Shown: positions 11,146-25,335 of the stretch, one piece after another
How positions within the stretch are numbered: position 1 is the stretch's first letter
How the letters are laid out: each line of letters opens with the position of its first letter
Assembly: GCA_029953675.1 (NCBI GenBank)
Contig: JAMWBK010000011.1
Span: forward strand, 1,178,001-1,242,000
Origin: Rhodosorus marinus CCMP1338
Taxonomy: Eukaryota > Plantae > Rhodophyta
Direction of reading: 5' to 3'
Length of the DNA stretch: 64,000 nt
The notes under the pieces: generated by a model
The model's input: the letters and a program-made list of their open reading frames with translations, nothing else
What the model was told of the DNA's origin: nothing
The model's database searches: none
Position numbers and translations under genes: made by a program

Positions 11146-12984
11146 GTGATGGACGTGGGTACCGGCGAGATTGAGATTGTGGCAGAGGATGGACCACGGT
11201 TTGGGTTGGTTGGTGGGAGCAGAACGAGAAGAAGGAGGGGTGTTGTTGCAGTGGATTCAGGGCCTAAGGAGGTAGGTATTGGGTTCATGCTGGGCTTTGG
11301 GTTCGTCGTCTGGAAATGTTCTAAACGAGTGGCTGTGGAATGGGTTCAGGTGGTTTCTATTTTGTCGGATGACGAGTCGGTTGATACTCGACCGGGTCAA
11401 GCTCCAAGGAAAAGGCTGAGGAGCCAAACATCGAGCGATACCCTTGCTGGTCAAGAAAATGGTGATAGCTCGGAGATACAGGTCGTGGTCTCAACACCAG
11501 AGCAGAGAGGTGCGAGCAATAACCAGACTCCACCATGTAGAACCGTTTCCACTGTACCAGGAAGTGTCAATAGCCAGAGCGACACTGCGGAAATGTCTCT
11601 GGGCCCAAACCCGGAAGCCCCGCCTGCGGGGTCTGACGAGGTCGAGACGGTGAATATTATTCGGAGGCGTGGTGCTGGCGATGTTGCAGCAGTATCCGCG
11701 TCGGATGCGCAGCACTCCGGCGAACGCTTCAGGGTGATCGATGGTAACGCCGGACCTATGGCCCACGACTTTATGGATCCGGGAGTACTCAATTCCATCG
11801 TGGTTTTGTTCTACAGGCCGCTTGGTAAGGATTGGTCGAGAAAACGGCTCGCTGCAGACTCCGCATGAGACTACTAATGGCGACCATCATCACGCCCATC
11901 TCAACAGTGTCTTGGGTATGTGCGGTCCGGGTGCGATTGAATCTGGAATATGGTCGCTAGAAGACGCTGAAATTTTTTTTTTGTTTCGTTTGCAGGTTGG
12001 TCAACCGATGACGACGATGAATACATGCCGGGAGTGGATCCGTTTGCTGATGCAGCGCTTGCCCATCAGATGTTGGATTTGAGCGAGTCCGAACTTGATG
12101 CACTGGGGGGAACTGATTTCCCAGATGGATTTCCCACTGCTTATGCTAGGGGCACAGCACAAGCGCTTCGCGCACGTCACGGAGGTGGCGACCGAGGTAA
12201 CCCTTTTTGCTCAATGTGTTTGAACCTCCCGCTGCAAACTCATCCGCGTATCGAAAGCTGAACGTTTTCTCTGAACATCTGCGCTCCGCAGGAGCTCCCG
12301 TAAGCGTTTCGAGCAGACGACCACCTGTTAGAGCTTCAGGAACGAGACGTCGTGTTGAAGACAGTATGAGGCGTCTCAATGCACAGCAAAATCCAGGACT
12401 GCCGAGATTGCTGTGGCAGCGAGACAGTGCTCTCCAAGGTGGTGGCGGATATGCTGCGATGTGGCTGGGGGAGTTGGCGCGTTGGGCAATGCAGGAAGAC
12501 GCTAATGATACAACTGATCCTGACTACGAGGCCAATCTCCGGTTGGACGATTCTGTCCCAGTGCGAAGGGGAGCGACACAGGAGCAGATTCGGGCGATCG
12601 AGTCCACTACAGTTCAAGAATCAGATTTGAAAGACCTGGTACGACTCGTTCCATATCCGATTGATTGACCATTGCCTTCCCTACACGTGACTTTGGCTAA
12701 CGGTTTCTTTGTGATAAATGTTTGGCAGTGCTCGATTTGCATAAGCCCTTTCACCAAACGTGGGAAGTTGAAACGCCTACCTTGTGGGCACGGCTTTCAC
12801 ATAGTAGGTTGATTTCTTAAAAGCGATTGCCCCGCTCGAAAACTCGAGAGTGCAAAAAGACTAAATCTAAAATGGCGCTGTGCTCTCTCTTGTTTCGCAG
12901 AGGTGCATCTCGAAGTGGCTGAAGATCAATTCCAACTGCCCAAACTGTAAGCGACGTTTGGATGGATCACCGAGCGACAGCTGA
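11146..12984 (+). CDS. C-terminal RING-H2 E3 ubiquitin ligase; multi-exon, start uncertain
   Basis: Exons give DYEANLRLDDSVPVRRGATQEQI, then CSICISPF...LPCGHGFHI|RCISKWLKINSNCPNC. Stop TGA at 12982-12984. Confidence 0.88.
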
Positions 12985-13113
12985 GTAGAGTGGGGCCGTC
13001 GTCTATGAAGTCATTGGCGCTGGTAGTAAACACCAGGTGAACATGTGCCAACGCGCCTGTTGCTGCATAGCAACGACGTGTGTGGCAGTCCACGTGGCCG
13101 TATAATTAGGTGC

Positions 13114-13723
13114 CTATTCTGTCCGGCCCTCCGTTCGTTGCTGCCTGAAGAACTGGCGTAGAAGATTGGACGACTCCGCGGCCAATAGGCCGCCCGATAT
13201 TTTCACCTCGTGAAAGGGATGCTTCACGGATGGTACCGATATCTGTAGGCAGAAGCTTGGCGCTTAACTATGTAAATGTAATTATCACCATGTGAATCCT
13301 GGAATGGCCTTAGAGGACAGATCTTACCCAGCTGTGAACTGCACCCATGCGCAAGTCGTCCGCTCCGTACTTGAGTTTAGCTACCCTGGCGAGTTGTATC
13401 GCACCCAGGCACATAAGGCACGGTTCGAGCGTACAGTAAATAACCGAACCAAGGAGCCTCCAGTTGTTGGCAGTGGCCATGGCACTCCTCAAACACTCCA
13501 TCTCAGCGTGGCACGTGCAGTCCATCTTATTGTGCACTCGGTTTCTGCCCATCGATAATATCTCACCGTCCTCGGAGACCAGGACGCATCCAACTGGAAC
13601 CTCTCCTTCGTCATAGGCCAACTTGACTCAAAAGATGCAGAGAAGCTTTGGTTAGAAGGCGGGCAGTGTTAGGTTGAGACTAAAGTGCATAGCTACCTTT
13701 GCCTGCTCTAGAGCCAAGTTCAT
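13114..13723 (-). CDS. TadA/ADAT-like tRNA adenosine deaminase; 3 or more exons, N-terminus uncertain
   Basis: MNLALEQAK|LAYDEGEVPVGCVLV, TCHAEMECL, TLEPCLMCLGAI. The last exon reads KHPFHEVKISGGLLAAESSNLLRQFFRQQR. Confidence 0.9.
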
Positions 13724-14904
13724 AAACCTGTAGTCACGCTTGGCATCACAGAATGAAACCACTCTCCTCTTCCATCAGTAGAGGCCCCATGCATTGACGA
13801 GAAGCTTGAGAGATCTCCCACCTCATGAAACTCGCACGTCAACCGTTCCGATGGACATCGAGCCCGTCGTAGAGGCGATATCCCGAGAACGAAACTAACA
13901 GACGATGACCTGGACAGCATGATTTACTTCAGTCTCAGACGAGTCAGCTCGAGGTCTTTGCAAGCTTTGCGTGCGATGATCACATCAACGATTGTCCTAC
14001 AAAACACCTAGCTCTTGAGAACATTTCAAACTATGCCGGCTTAGATGGAGATCTGGATGGCTACAACTGAGCACCAGGGGTTGGACAAGGTATCTTTTCG
14101 CAGAATTTAGAGTGATATTTCCGCTTGAGAGTGCTCAGGAATTGCTGACTTTTCGCAACGGCTTCAACTCACCGAACATCGGCACTTTTACTTGGGTTTT
14201 CAAACCAATGTCGACGGTCATTCGGGTACTGAGAAGCAGGATAGTGTGAACCTGGGGTCAGATCAAGCACCAAGAACGTGATACCAGAAGTAAAACATTT
14301 CTCCGCAGATTCGGTAGCCGTCATGTCGAGACTCAACAAAAGTACTCCGGTTTACCTAAAACCGCCTCCTACTCAAACCACCGACTGAATAAACAAGAAC
14401 ACCAAAAGCCTTCCACACCTTGAATATTACAACAAAATAGATGGACAAAATGTTCCCATGGATCCATCACCTAAATAGACACAACACTCAACAACTACGA
14501 AGTAGAAAAACCAATTAAAATAGACAGCATTCAAGTCCCAATCCGCCCAGAAAGAACACAGCTGAAATGAGGACACGTGCAATTTAACAATTGATCAAAT
14601 TTTAGATTCAAGACAAGCGTCATATTATAATTGGTAGAACAACGACGGGCGTGAATAGGGGAAACTCGAGTTAGTTTCGAAGAGTACTAGTCGTGGGGCA
14701 GTTTGCTAGATGGGATTTGGTGAGGGAAAGGGACAGGGAATGTACTTTGAATAGAAAACGGAGTGCTTTTGAGGGGTTTCGGATGGTCTTGCTGATATAG
14801 ACGATTCTTGGATTGCGCAGATTTCTTTGTAGCTGTTTGGTTCCTTCTTTTTTTTGGTCGAGGAGGAATTTAGTGGATTGGCTTTGAGTTGTTTTACTGC
14901 GAGA

Positions 14905-17223
14905 ATGGAGGACGGATTGGCGGTTCAGGATCTTTCGAAGCTTGAGATTGACAAGCTCACGCCATTAACAGCAGAGGTGGGAGGCTGGTTGATATGAGAT
15001 TCCCTTTGCTGGTTATCTTGCGCTATGCAGATTGCTTATCTGGTTTGGTGCATTGCCAATTGCGTAGGTTATTTCACGACAGGCGACGATCAACTGTGGT
15101 ACGATTGGGCATGTGGCTCATGGAAAGTCTACACTCGTCAAGGCGCTCTCTGGGGTAGACACCGCAAAGTTTAAGAGGGAACGAGAGCGAAACAATACGA
15201 TCGAACTTGGCTATGCGAACGCAAAGCTGTACAAGTGTTCAAAAACGGATTGCCCTAGACCGGCATGCTACCGGGCGTACTCATCAGATAAGGAAGATCA
15301 TCCACTATGCGAGGTCAGATTGGTCTTTCAACGTTTACTTACAGAAATAGATACTCAGGATGCGGTCTCAAGCAGACTTCCATTGAAAGCGAACCAGGCT
15401 GAATTCTTTTATTCTCCCATCCACCTCCGACCAGGTCCCGGGATGTGACTCAAGCATGAATCTTCTTCGTCACATTAGCTTTGTTGACTGCCCCGGACAC
15501 GACATTCTCATGGCAACCATGCTCAACGGAGTCGCAGTTATGGACGCTGCACTTATGCTGATTTCTGGGAATGAACCATGCCCACAGCCCCAGACCTCGG
15601 AGCATCTAGCAGCTATTGATGTCATGCAGCTTGAAAATATCATCATCATCCAGGTAAGAAACCTTGTTCATTCCAATCAATTCGCTCCTTTCAACGAGTC
15701 CATTGCCCTATTGAGCATTCAAACTTTGCTTTCGTCTCCGTCATTGTATTGCGTAACAGAATAAGATCGACTTGGTCAACGAACAGACAGCTGAGAATCA
15801 GTACAAGGACATTCTAGAATTCGTACAGGGCACAATCGCTGAAGGCTCACCCGTGATTCCAATTTCCGCGCAGCTAAAGTACAACGTTGACGTCGTGGTG
15901 GAGTACTTGATCAAGAAGGTATGATTTCTGCAAACCAACCATCACGGACGAGATATCTCATCCGGTCATGAAGCAAAGGGAGCCCCGCTTTGTTGGGACT
16001 GGATTTATCCCACAAGGACGTGGACGTTGTGCTGCGATCACCCGAACGATGTATCATCACGAACTAGATCCCTGAGCTGATTTGTGAGCCTACTTGTGTG
16101 ACTTCCTCCGGACTCGATTGGGGAATACTCAGGTCCCAATTCCAATGAGAGACTTTGAGAGTCCTGCGAGAATGACCGTCATCCGATCGTTCGATGTCAA
16201 CAAGCCTGGTGAAGAAGTTGAAGGGCTCAAAGGTGGTGTTGCTGGTGGATCCATTACACGAGGCGTCATTCGAGTTGGACAAACGATTGAGGTAAGAGCT
16301 TTTCCATCTGGGGCCGGCGAGTTCCAGCGCGTTAGTTGTGCTTGTGAGTATAGCGAAGCTCTAAGAACGGAATCTTTCAATTGATTCAGTTCCGACCTGG
16401 AGTTTGGGGAACCAGCCAAAAAGGAGAAGTTATCTGCCAGCCTATTGTAACGACAGTTCAATCTATGCATGCAGAGAAGAACAGACTACAATACGCGATC
16501 CCTGGTGGTCTCATTGGAGTGGGTACCCTGATTGACCCAAGTCTGACAAGAGCGAATAGACTTAGTGGACAGGTAGGAACGGCTTGATATGGAGTTATCT
16601 GCTCTTAAACAGACAACCGAGTCTCAACGCCGTTTTGTTTTTGGTTTTGTAGATCTTGGGAGCCGTTGGGACATTGCCGGCTGTCTATGTCGAACTCAGC
16701 GTCAACTACTTTCTTCTGCGACGACTGATCGGAGTAAAATCTGAGGGAGAGGATGGCCCTGCCAAGGTGCGACGCGACTTAACAAGAAACAAGACTCATC
16801 TGTTTGAAAGCAAAGACTGAGATGATGGCTTCTCGTTTTGTAGGTTCAAAAGCTTGTCAAGCATGAGTTCCTCAACCTCAACGTTGGATCAAGCGTGGCC
16901 GGAGGCAGTGTTTTATATGCCAAGAAGGGTCGTGCTCGGCTCGCTTTGAAGACACCCGTTTGCACGGAGATTGTAGGCTGCCCCGATCATCAAGCTCTTT
17001 GACCTAAAAGTGAAGCGCAACTCCATCTAACTTGAATTTGAACTTGTACGTTGTCTACTTTGCTTTCTGGTTGCAGGGTGAGAAGATCGCAATGTCAAGA
17101 AGAATAGGACAAAGTTGGAGACTGATTGGATGGGGTGAGATTACGGAGGGTGTCGAGGTCACTTTGAGAACACCTGCTCACGGGCATGACGATGAACATG
17201 AAGACGAGGAGCTCGAAAACTAG
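14905..17223 (+). CDS. EIF2S3: Translation initiation factor eIF2 gamma subunit; about 9 exons
   Basis: [80 protein letters not shown]. Confidence 0.96.
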
Positions 17224-18214
17224 GGTCACAACGCTGAATTCTAAAATTAGGAGTTGGGGAGAGAAAAGCCGTTGGTGTTGTGTCTTGAGTTGCTGACATA
17301 GTGAGCTCCGCAACCACCAACTGCTTCAGATGGAACGCTGCTGGAGCTGTTCCTGTTAAGCACAGGCTCTAGGTCGAGGATGGACTCCCTCGAGGGAGAC
17401 GAGCGAGGATGAACGGGAAAACATGTAGCTTCAGTGCGAGTCTGGATTCAATAAAATTTGTCAAAGAAAATACTTCGTGCACCTGTCCTAGCGCGCATGC
17501 TCTGCAACCTGCTGCACCTCAAGTCTGATAAGGAAGCAAATCCTCTGCCCTAGCGACAAGGGAGAGGAGTGAGGTCAAAACCGCAATCACGCATCGATGT
17601 CTGGTCTCTCTTCCCTGAGACTATCAGAGGGATGCAGAGTAGCCGCGCAGCTCGATTTCCGCGCAGGCCGTTACAAGCTCGCCTACCCGCGTCTGGATTG
17701 GGATTCCCATCGAACCCCTATACGAAGGGATGGATTCCACCTCGCAGCCTCGGTTTCTTTACTATTTGGAACCGCATTCGTTGCCCAATAGCTTCTGAAT
17801 CGTACTGTGAAGACAATATCACGACAAACAGAACATACGGACGAGGAGATGACGAGAAACCAGAGCCGAACAACGCTTTCGCTGGTGGATAGACTATCGC
17901 CAGAGTCCCAACCGTGCGGCTGCTATTGATTCGCATTTGTCAACTTCCTCGACTTCCATGACGGAGGAAGAGGGCTCACACATCACATTGATCAACTGCA
18001 GCCCGTTAAAAGCCAGTTGACTGGAGACTAATTCGCTTCGACTGACGCATTGTTGGTTTGCAGCGGTTGTCCATCCTCTTCAAGCTCGGCGGGTATCGTA
18101 ACGTCCATGAAGTTGGTCTTCTTCGTTGGATGTTTTGAATGTGAAGAGATAATCACCTTGACGACGAGTGACGTCCCCATGATTTTGGGATTGTTTTGGT
18201 TTTAGTGGAATCTA

Positions 18215-20303
18215 ATGGGTATTACTGGATTTCAGAAATGGATTCGTACGACGTTTCCTGAGGCTGTTGATGATGTACCCAAATCCGCTGCGGATAGGTT
18301 TGACTACGTGTGTATCGACATGAACCATGTCATTCACAGCGTTGCGAATCGGTCTCCGGACCATCGACGACTTGCTATTCTCTTATTTGCTGAGCTAGAT
18401 AGATTGTTGAAGACATGCTGGCCGCTCAAGGCCGTCATTCTCGCGATGGATGGACCCGCGCCACTGGCAAAGGTAGCGACGGCAAGGAAAAGGAGAGAAC
18501 AGTACGTCAGTAGGAAGCAATATAACAGTGCAAGCGGACACGACTATTATCTTGAGTTTACTCCGGGTATGGAATCAGACTCAAACGGTCAAAAAACTGT
18601 TCCTTGGACACGCTTCACCTGACCAGGTATCAACCTTGACGAAACTAGGGACCGAGATTATGCACCAGCTCAGCAACGCGATTGAGTATTTCATATGCCA
18701 GAGACTCCTGAATCGATCAAAGTTCGGCAAAATCGACTTCATATTCTCTGGTTCGAACGTGCATGGCGAGGGAGAGATCAAGATTTTGGATTACCTCAAC
18801 TTATGTGTCGTTCCCAAAGACGAGAATTCGTCCGTGGTCATCATCGGAGGGGATTCAGATATTATCCTACAGGCTCTCTGCACTCCCCAGATCTATAATT
18901 TCTTCGTCTTCGTTCGAGGTGGAGGCACAAGTAGCTGCGTTTCCGTTCGGTTGCTTGGTAGGTGCGTTAACCTCTTCCTCCTCTCCCTCAGATCTTCCCC
19001 GGCGTGTCTTTCCGGAAAGGATTATACGGCTTGAAGCAATCACCGTTCGACAGACTCAGCTTGAAGGCGCAGGGATCCATCTTCAAATGGATAATAGCTG
19101 CCTCCTTGGCTTTCAATGTGAGCGAGTCGTTCTACTGATTTGTCCCAAGCTGTTAAATCTGTTCCAAAAGACCCGTCGGAGAAGGCAACCGCCTGCTCCT
19201 CGTAAACCACCTGCCTAAACACGACAGATCTGGCCGTTTCCAGCCTGATCGATGAGCTTTTAGGTGACAACCAACGACTTGATTTCGTGTTGCTGTGTCT
19301 TCTAAGCGGTAACGACTACCTCCCAAAGCTGCGTGGGTACAACATGTCCAAAGCGATAAAGAGATATAGTCGGATTAGGATGAGGACGAAGAAGAGCGTC
19401 ATTGGCGGACCTCCCTTGGGCATCAACTGGGAAACATTTTGTCATGTCATCGACAAGCACAATCACATGGCAAAGATGGCAAAGGCCTCCCGGCTGTCGT
19501 CGTCGGTGAACGCCTTTCCTTCGGGGTCACCACACGAGGAGGACGGGGAAGATATTGATGGATTTGATGACGATGAGCTCGAAGATGAAGCCGTTTCTAC
19601 TGGTAATTACGACGTGGAGATGTATCTGAAGGGTCTTTTATGGAACATGCAGATGTACATTGATGGCTATCCTCCAGATCAACTGTTCTACTATCGGTTC
19701 AAGTACGCGCCACCCGTCGATGCGGTTCTGGAGTACTTTCTGGAGAAAGGAACGTCGACTCAGGTGAACCTCCCGGTCTCAAATAGACCAGCGATCACAT
19801 CCCAACTTGCCCTCACCCTCATGCTCCCCAGCGCTGCGTGGAGCCTTGCTCCACAGCTTCTCCAGCCGCTCGTCAAGTCTGGCGCATCAATTAGCGACTT
19901 TGTGGAGGTTAAGAGCAGGGTTCGACAGATCCCATTCAGCAAGTACGAATACAAGGAGAGAATGAGGCTCCGCGCAGGAGTAGCATGGAGATATAGAAAC
20001 GGTTCAAAACCAGGTACGCGTCAGAGCATTGGCTGTTTGAATATTTGGCCTTGTAAAGATCGAATTGCTCAAGTTCCAATCCGGTTCTTGGGCCATTACG
20101 TTATAGGAACCTTCAAGCGGCCAACACGTCCAATGAATGACAAGCGTTTCAAGGGCTTGCCTCTAGGTCTAACGCAGAGAACTCCGTTTCAAGTGACCAA
20201 CTCGCCACCCCTTCGAACGTGGAGCGGTGTGTCGTACAGCTTGAACGGGAGCGATACCAGCGAGGAAAAGACCGTGAAGAATGCGTTTTCCAAGTATAGA
20301 TAG
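18215..20303 (+). CDS. XRN-family 5'-3' exoribonuclease (short form); 3 exons
   Basis: MGITGF.KW, CIDMNHVIH, AMDGPAPLAK...RKRR, FTPG, GEGEIK, GGDSD, LSGNDYLP. The acidic active-site residues are present. Confidence 0.9.
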
Positions 20304-20374
20304 GACGACAAAGAGGGTGTAGATCACAGGAACAAAAGAGTGCCTACCCCCCGGCTTGGAGGCGACAGTTTCGG

Positions 20375-22412
20375 TTAGGCTTCAAGCGGGAGGAGGTTGA
20401 CCTCTTTGAGGGCAGATTCGACAAGCATCTGCACCGTTGTCGTCATATTCAGCTTCCCACGGAGTGACTGGTGGTAGAAGACCACTGCTTTCGAGACGTT
20501 CCCCTCGCCGTGGTAAGTCATGGCCAAAGCTGCAGTTGTCGTCTGGCAGGTTGGGTTTAGCGCTTGGGCGTTCAAGTACATCTCCCTTGCCTTGGAATAT
20601 GACCGCTGGCGCCTGAGGACATGGCCTAGGCCCAAGTAGGTCGCTACCAGCAAGTCTTCATCCTCTGCACAACTGGAGCAGAGCAAAACCGCAGATAGCG
20701 TTGAATGTGAGTAATTATGTATGTAAATGAAGCGCAGTATTAGGATGGATGCCCTACGGTTTCAGCTCTTCCAACGCCTTGTGGAAATAGGTTCCTGCGG
20801 TTTCAAGGTCACCTGCCTGGTAAGAAAGGACACCCAGCTCGTACAGGGGAGTTGGATCCCAAGCGGCGATCTCCCGGGCCATGCTCAAGTACTTGATGGC
20901 GTGACTAATCAAGTTCAGGCGTGCGTATTCCATTCCGGAATAAATGAGCGGCAAGTGGCTAGCTGGCATTAATCTCGCCGCCGTGCGATACGCCGCAAGA
21001 GCTCCGTCGCTGTCGTCCTGCACGGACAGGACGTGCCCAAGCGCAATCCATGCTGGGCCAAACTGAGGATCGAAAGCAGTCGCTTTTTGCAGATACCTGC
21101 AGGTGATGGACGCGGTAATCCATTGTTATCATCGAATTAGGCAGTAGTGGGATATGCCAGGTTTGTCGGATGTCTTCATACGTACCTCTTTGCCTTGTCT
21201 TCCTGTTTGTTCTGTAAATAGTAGTAACCGATCGCCAGGAATGATATCTTCGTCTGCGGGAACTGGTCCTCGAGCCTGTGGGAAACGCTAAAGAGGTCCG
21301 AGCCGCTAGCCTCAAATGTCGCGGCGAGGTGAAGTAGGATCCAGTGCTCCCCTCGCTCAACCAAGTGAATGGCATCGGACGTCATTTTCATACAAGATCT
21401 GTACTTGTGTTGTGCGAACGCGTGTCTCGCAGTCAGATATCTTAACCATGGCCCACCGGAATGACCGCAGTTATCACGTAGAATTCGGAGATTCTCTTCA
21501 AACATGTCCTGGATAGATGTGGAAGCAAGTAAGCGCCTGGGATTCAGAGGCGTCATTCATATTGACCAATGCGGAGGGGAGAGACGCACCGATTTGCTTG
21601 GGTCTGAAGCGACTGAGAAACAGACATAGTAGCTCTGAATCCAAGCGTCATTCTGTTGAATATCAAGTTGCTTGATGAGGCTCAGCGCATCTTCCTGGTT
21701 GATCAGTGCCGCCGTGACGAGCCGTTCGAATGCCTGAACACATCGGTAATCTCGCTTGACGGCTTCCTTGTACCTTTTTGTGGCGCATTGGCGGAAGAGG
21801 AGAGCATGAGATTCGATTAGCAGCTTGCTGCTGTTTCCAAAAGGTGAAAGTCGCTAGACACACACCAGTTTGCCGCGCTGGAGGTGTTTTCCAAGGCCTC
21901 CAGAGCGGAAGCTCGGATGACACATATACCAGAGCTGATCGATTTCTCAGCAGATATTTCATCCTGAGGTGATTCCTCAAGAACCGAAGATAAGCACTGA
22001 TCGTAGTCCTTATCGTGCAAGTAGCACTGGCCAGCAATCAGCCGAAACTCCGGCTTCAGAGGCCGCCGATCCAGTCGCTCGATTAGGTACAAAGTATACT
22101 TTACATCCTTGGCCTTTAGACTCAGTCTAATCAGATCAGCAAGTGGTTACTCCAGGTCAGAGCTTCTCATCAACAGCAAGGCGTCCGTGCGCACGCTGAA
22201 ATTACAATAGCGTACCTAGCCAACTTGAGGATCTCATCCTCGGGACATCCGGGACCGCCGTACTGAGCTTCCGCGAAGAATGAAGCAGTAGAGTACAGAC
22301 CAAGCCTAGAATATGCTTCTACTGAATCATCCATTTGTCCTGGTTTGAGTTTCAGTCCTCCAGCTCCATTCCCAGCAACAGAAAGGTTGCTAATGACAGA
22401 CTTCCTTCCCAT
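20375..22412 (-). CDS. CDC16: Anaphase-promoting complex subunit 6 (TPR); multi-exon
   Basis: LFSVSHRLEDQFP, AIGYYYL, KATAFDPQFGPAWIALGH, DGALAAYRTAARLMPASHLPLIYSGMEY, LGLGHVLRR. Confidence 0.88.
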
Positions 22413-23165
22413 GAGGTTCGCACAGGCTAGGCCATCGAACTGATATGGATTGGGACAGGTTCATCTTGCTAGGTGGAACGCTTTGTCCCAGCTCATAGTA
22501 GGGTTAGTCTTGGGCTACAGAGATCGATCGTGGAGCAAATATGAAGAAATAGTTCCGAGCACATACGCTGCTCCTCTTGTCATCATTACCAGGATGAGAA
22601 TTTGTATCTTCCTCGCCCTTGGCTAAGCTAGTCACCGGGACACCATTGTCCCAGGTTGGGTAACGGTCGGTATAGGGTGGTCACAGGTATCGATTGTGGG
22701 GCATATCTCAAGCCAGACTCAGAACACATATAATGCCTCTCCTAGTTCCATAGATTGATTGAAATCCGTAGCTTTCTCCCTCGATCTTGGAAGGCGTCAT
22801 CCCGCCTTGCGATGTGTTGCTTCATCGCTGATGTCGTTAGGCTGAGGAAGGGGATGGCCCTTTGGAGGTGGCTGCTTACGGAAGAGTGAGGAAAGGTGTT
22901 GGCAGATCTAGTCTAATAAATAGACTTACGTTCTCTGATATAATGAAAACCCATGGGTTCATTTTACCGTCTGTTGGTGGATGCATTGGATTTCGAGGTG
23001 GTTAGCCGACGAGTACAGACATTCACTTTGTAGAGTTGAGATGTGTAGAGTTTGGCAGTTTAGATGGGGATGGAACGTAGACGTGGACAAGGCCGACACC
23101 TTGCGGAATGGATAGGCTCGAGGAGTACTGTGCTATGAAAGCGTTGATGAACTAAAACTCGGAGA

Positions 23166-24524
23166 ATGGTGGGGTTTGGCGTGGATGTGTTGGAGAATGT
23201 TGGTAGATATCTTGGCTTGGAGGACCGTTTGAAGCTCGCCTTGACGTCGAAGGCGTGTTTTAACGGGTTACAGAGGAAACTGGACTTTGTAAACGCTGCT
23301 GTGGAGCATCCTTCGGTACTGAGAATCAAGCATCAAGGTCATGCCGCGCCGCATCAGCCGGGAAAGTGGATGGTTTCAGGGGATGGAAGGGTCCTCGTAT
23401 CTGTCGAAGGCTGTCAGCGTGCAAGCGGTGAATTTTGTATAAGTCGAATGTCACTTCCAGAGCTCGAAACGAAGAGGCTGTATCTGAAAGCTGAACATCA
23501 CCGCCAGCGTTTCCGGAAGAGCCGGCTGTCCTACTCTGGGAAGCTTCTCGCTTTCGATGCCTGGGACCTCAGGAGCGGCACAACTGACACATTACATGTC
23601 GTCGAACTCGGGGAAGGTGGTGTGGTTCATCTCGGTTCGCAAAAGTTCCATCGGGACAACGTTTGGGAGATTCGAATATCTCCGTCAGACCAGTATATTG
23701 CTGTTGGGCTGAGTCGAGGCGGGCTTTTCGTGATGGATCGTGAAGCCCGAATCTTGTCCACTTGTCATCGTAGATTGCACAGGGATTTTTTCCCTGCCCA
23801 GCACAAGTTTGTTTTCACTCAGGGAGACCTCTTGCTGTTTTTAGAGGCAGAGGTGGACGGTGTTGAGGCAGGCGGGGAGAAGGCTACTGTGAAGATGAGT
23901 TCACCACCTTTTACGGATCAAGTTCGACTAGAGCCACTACCGGAACGGATCCGTGGGAGGTGGAGGATATCCTTGCAAGGATCCAACAGCCTCGTCTGTC
24001 ATGATCCGCAGGAGGGTCTGCTTGAGGCGTTCGCGGTCCTTCCACGGGGTCAGGGGTACCGGAATTATCTAAGGATATCACAAATAACCCGCCAGTGCAA
24101 AGCAGAGCTTGTTTCTTACGTTGAGGTAAGCGGTGCAAGAACACGAACTGCGAAATTGCACCAAGCTCAACGGGAGGTACCTTTGCTTTCATGAAAGGGT
24201 GACCAACCCATGGTATGGGCCTTTGCGGATGGACGTGGATCAGTTGGGGTTTCAAGAATTGTGGAGAGATTTTTTGCATCCAGCAATGGGAATGCTTCCG
24301 GTCAGAGTGTGAATGACCGGAAATCTTGGACGATTGCGTCCGATTCGGATAGATGGGGCAGGGCTTGGGAATCCAGTACCTGTATCCATAATGAAGGTGG
24401 ATGGTGTGTCTCCGCATACAGCTCGCAGGGCAGGGATGAGACGATTGTTTGCGTATTGAACCTACGTCCGTTTCTAGAAAGCAATCAGCCCTGGGAACTT
24501 GTCGAGCGCGCTGCTTACGCCTGA
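23166..24524 (+). CDS. F-box-like protein with a beta-propeller-like C-terminus; 2 exons
   Basis: N-terminal DVLENVGRYLGLEDRLKLALTSK F-box pattern, followed by beta-rich blades (VWEIRISPSDQYIAVG). Intron starts ~24126. Confidence 0.6.
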
Positions 24525-24895
24525 CAATTGAACTACGAGCCCTGGGTGCTTGTCCATAGAGGACAGTGGGCCCCTCAAAGGAGGCCTAGGAAAAAGGTTT
24601 CCCGAAGCCGTATTAGGGAAGACACTTTGGACGCCGCGCATACAGTAGGTTTCGAGATACGATGACTGGAAACCGTCGGTAACTTTCTGAAGGTACACTT
24701 ACGTGTTGGGTCTGAGCGCCCTACATGTAGAACAGTTCTTGGTCCTGGACCAAAAGCTTCGTAGTGTTTGGAGCCTATCCGTCATGACCTCAACTGACTT
24801 TTACAAACTTTTCACCAAACACGATCTCTAACAATAATTATTTTAAAATAATTTATCAACTATTCGTCAGAATACTATTGCGAACTTAGAAATCC

Positions 24896-25335
24896 ATCCA
24901 GTGAACACTGTTGACCATTTGCATGTTTTACGGAATCAAGCCCTTTCACTATCATAGCGGAGGTAGAGTAACTACATTGACATAGTATAACATCACGTTG
25001 CTGGCGTCCGCTGCCAGGCGCACGTACTCGTCGCCAGATGCGTATGAACCGGCTTTTATTTCGCTACTTACTGTCGCGGGCGCTCGGTACGGATCGCGAG
25101 GTGGACTACGAGTTCCCTTTCCCGGTAGCTCAGGCGCTTGATGCTGATGATGAGATACTTGTTGTCCATTGAGTGGCGGATTTGGTGGGCACTGACCTGA
25201 CCGCTCGCAGGAGAGTGAGTATCTCGAATTGTCTATTCATTGTAGTCACTGCGCGCTAGCTTACCACGTCTGCACAACGTCGTGGTGCAGCCGCTGGTTC
25301 CGTCGACAACTGAAGGAGTCTCAGTACCCTGAGGC
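24896..25335 (+). repeat. Decayed coding dispersed repeat, copy A (unknown transposon-like ORF)
   Basis: Homologous to 40735-41200. The residual frame reads RTRRQMRMNRLLFRYLLSRALGTDREVDYEFPFPVAQALDADDEILVVH*VADL. Confidence 0.65.

Noticed and set aside
10501-11288. Overlapping 171-, 186- and 103-aa minus-strand ORFs
   Set aside because: Same compositional artefact upstream of the RING gene.
15918-19245. Intronic snoRNAs in the two longest introns (eIF2-gamma ~15918-16135, XRN ~18960-19240)
   Set aside because: No convincing box C (RUGAUGA) plus D pair or two-hairpin H/ACA fold by eye; a snoRNA scan would be needed.
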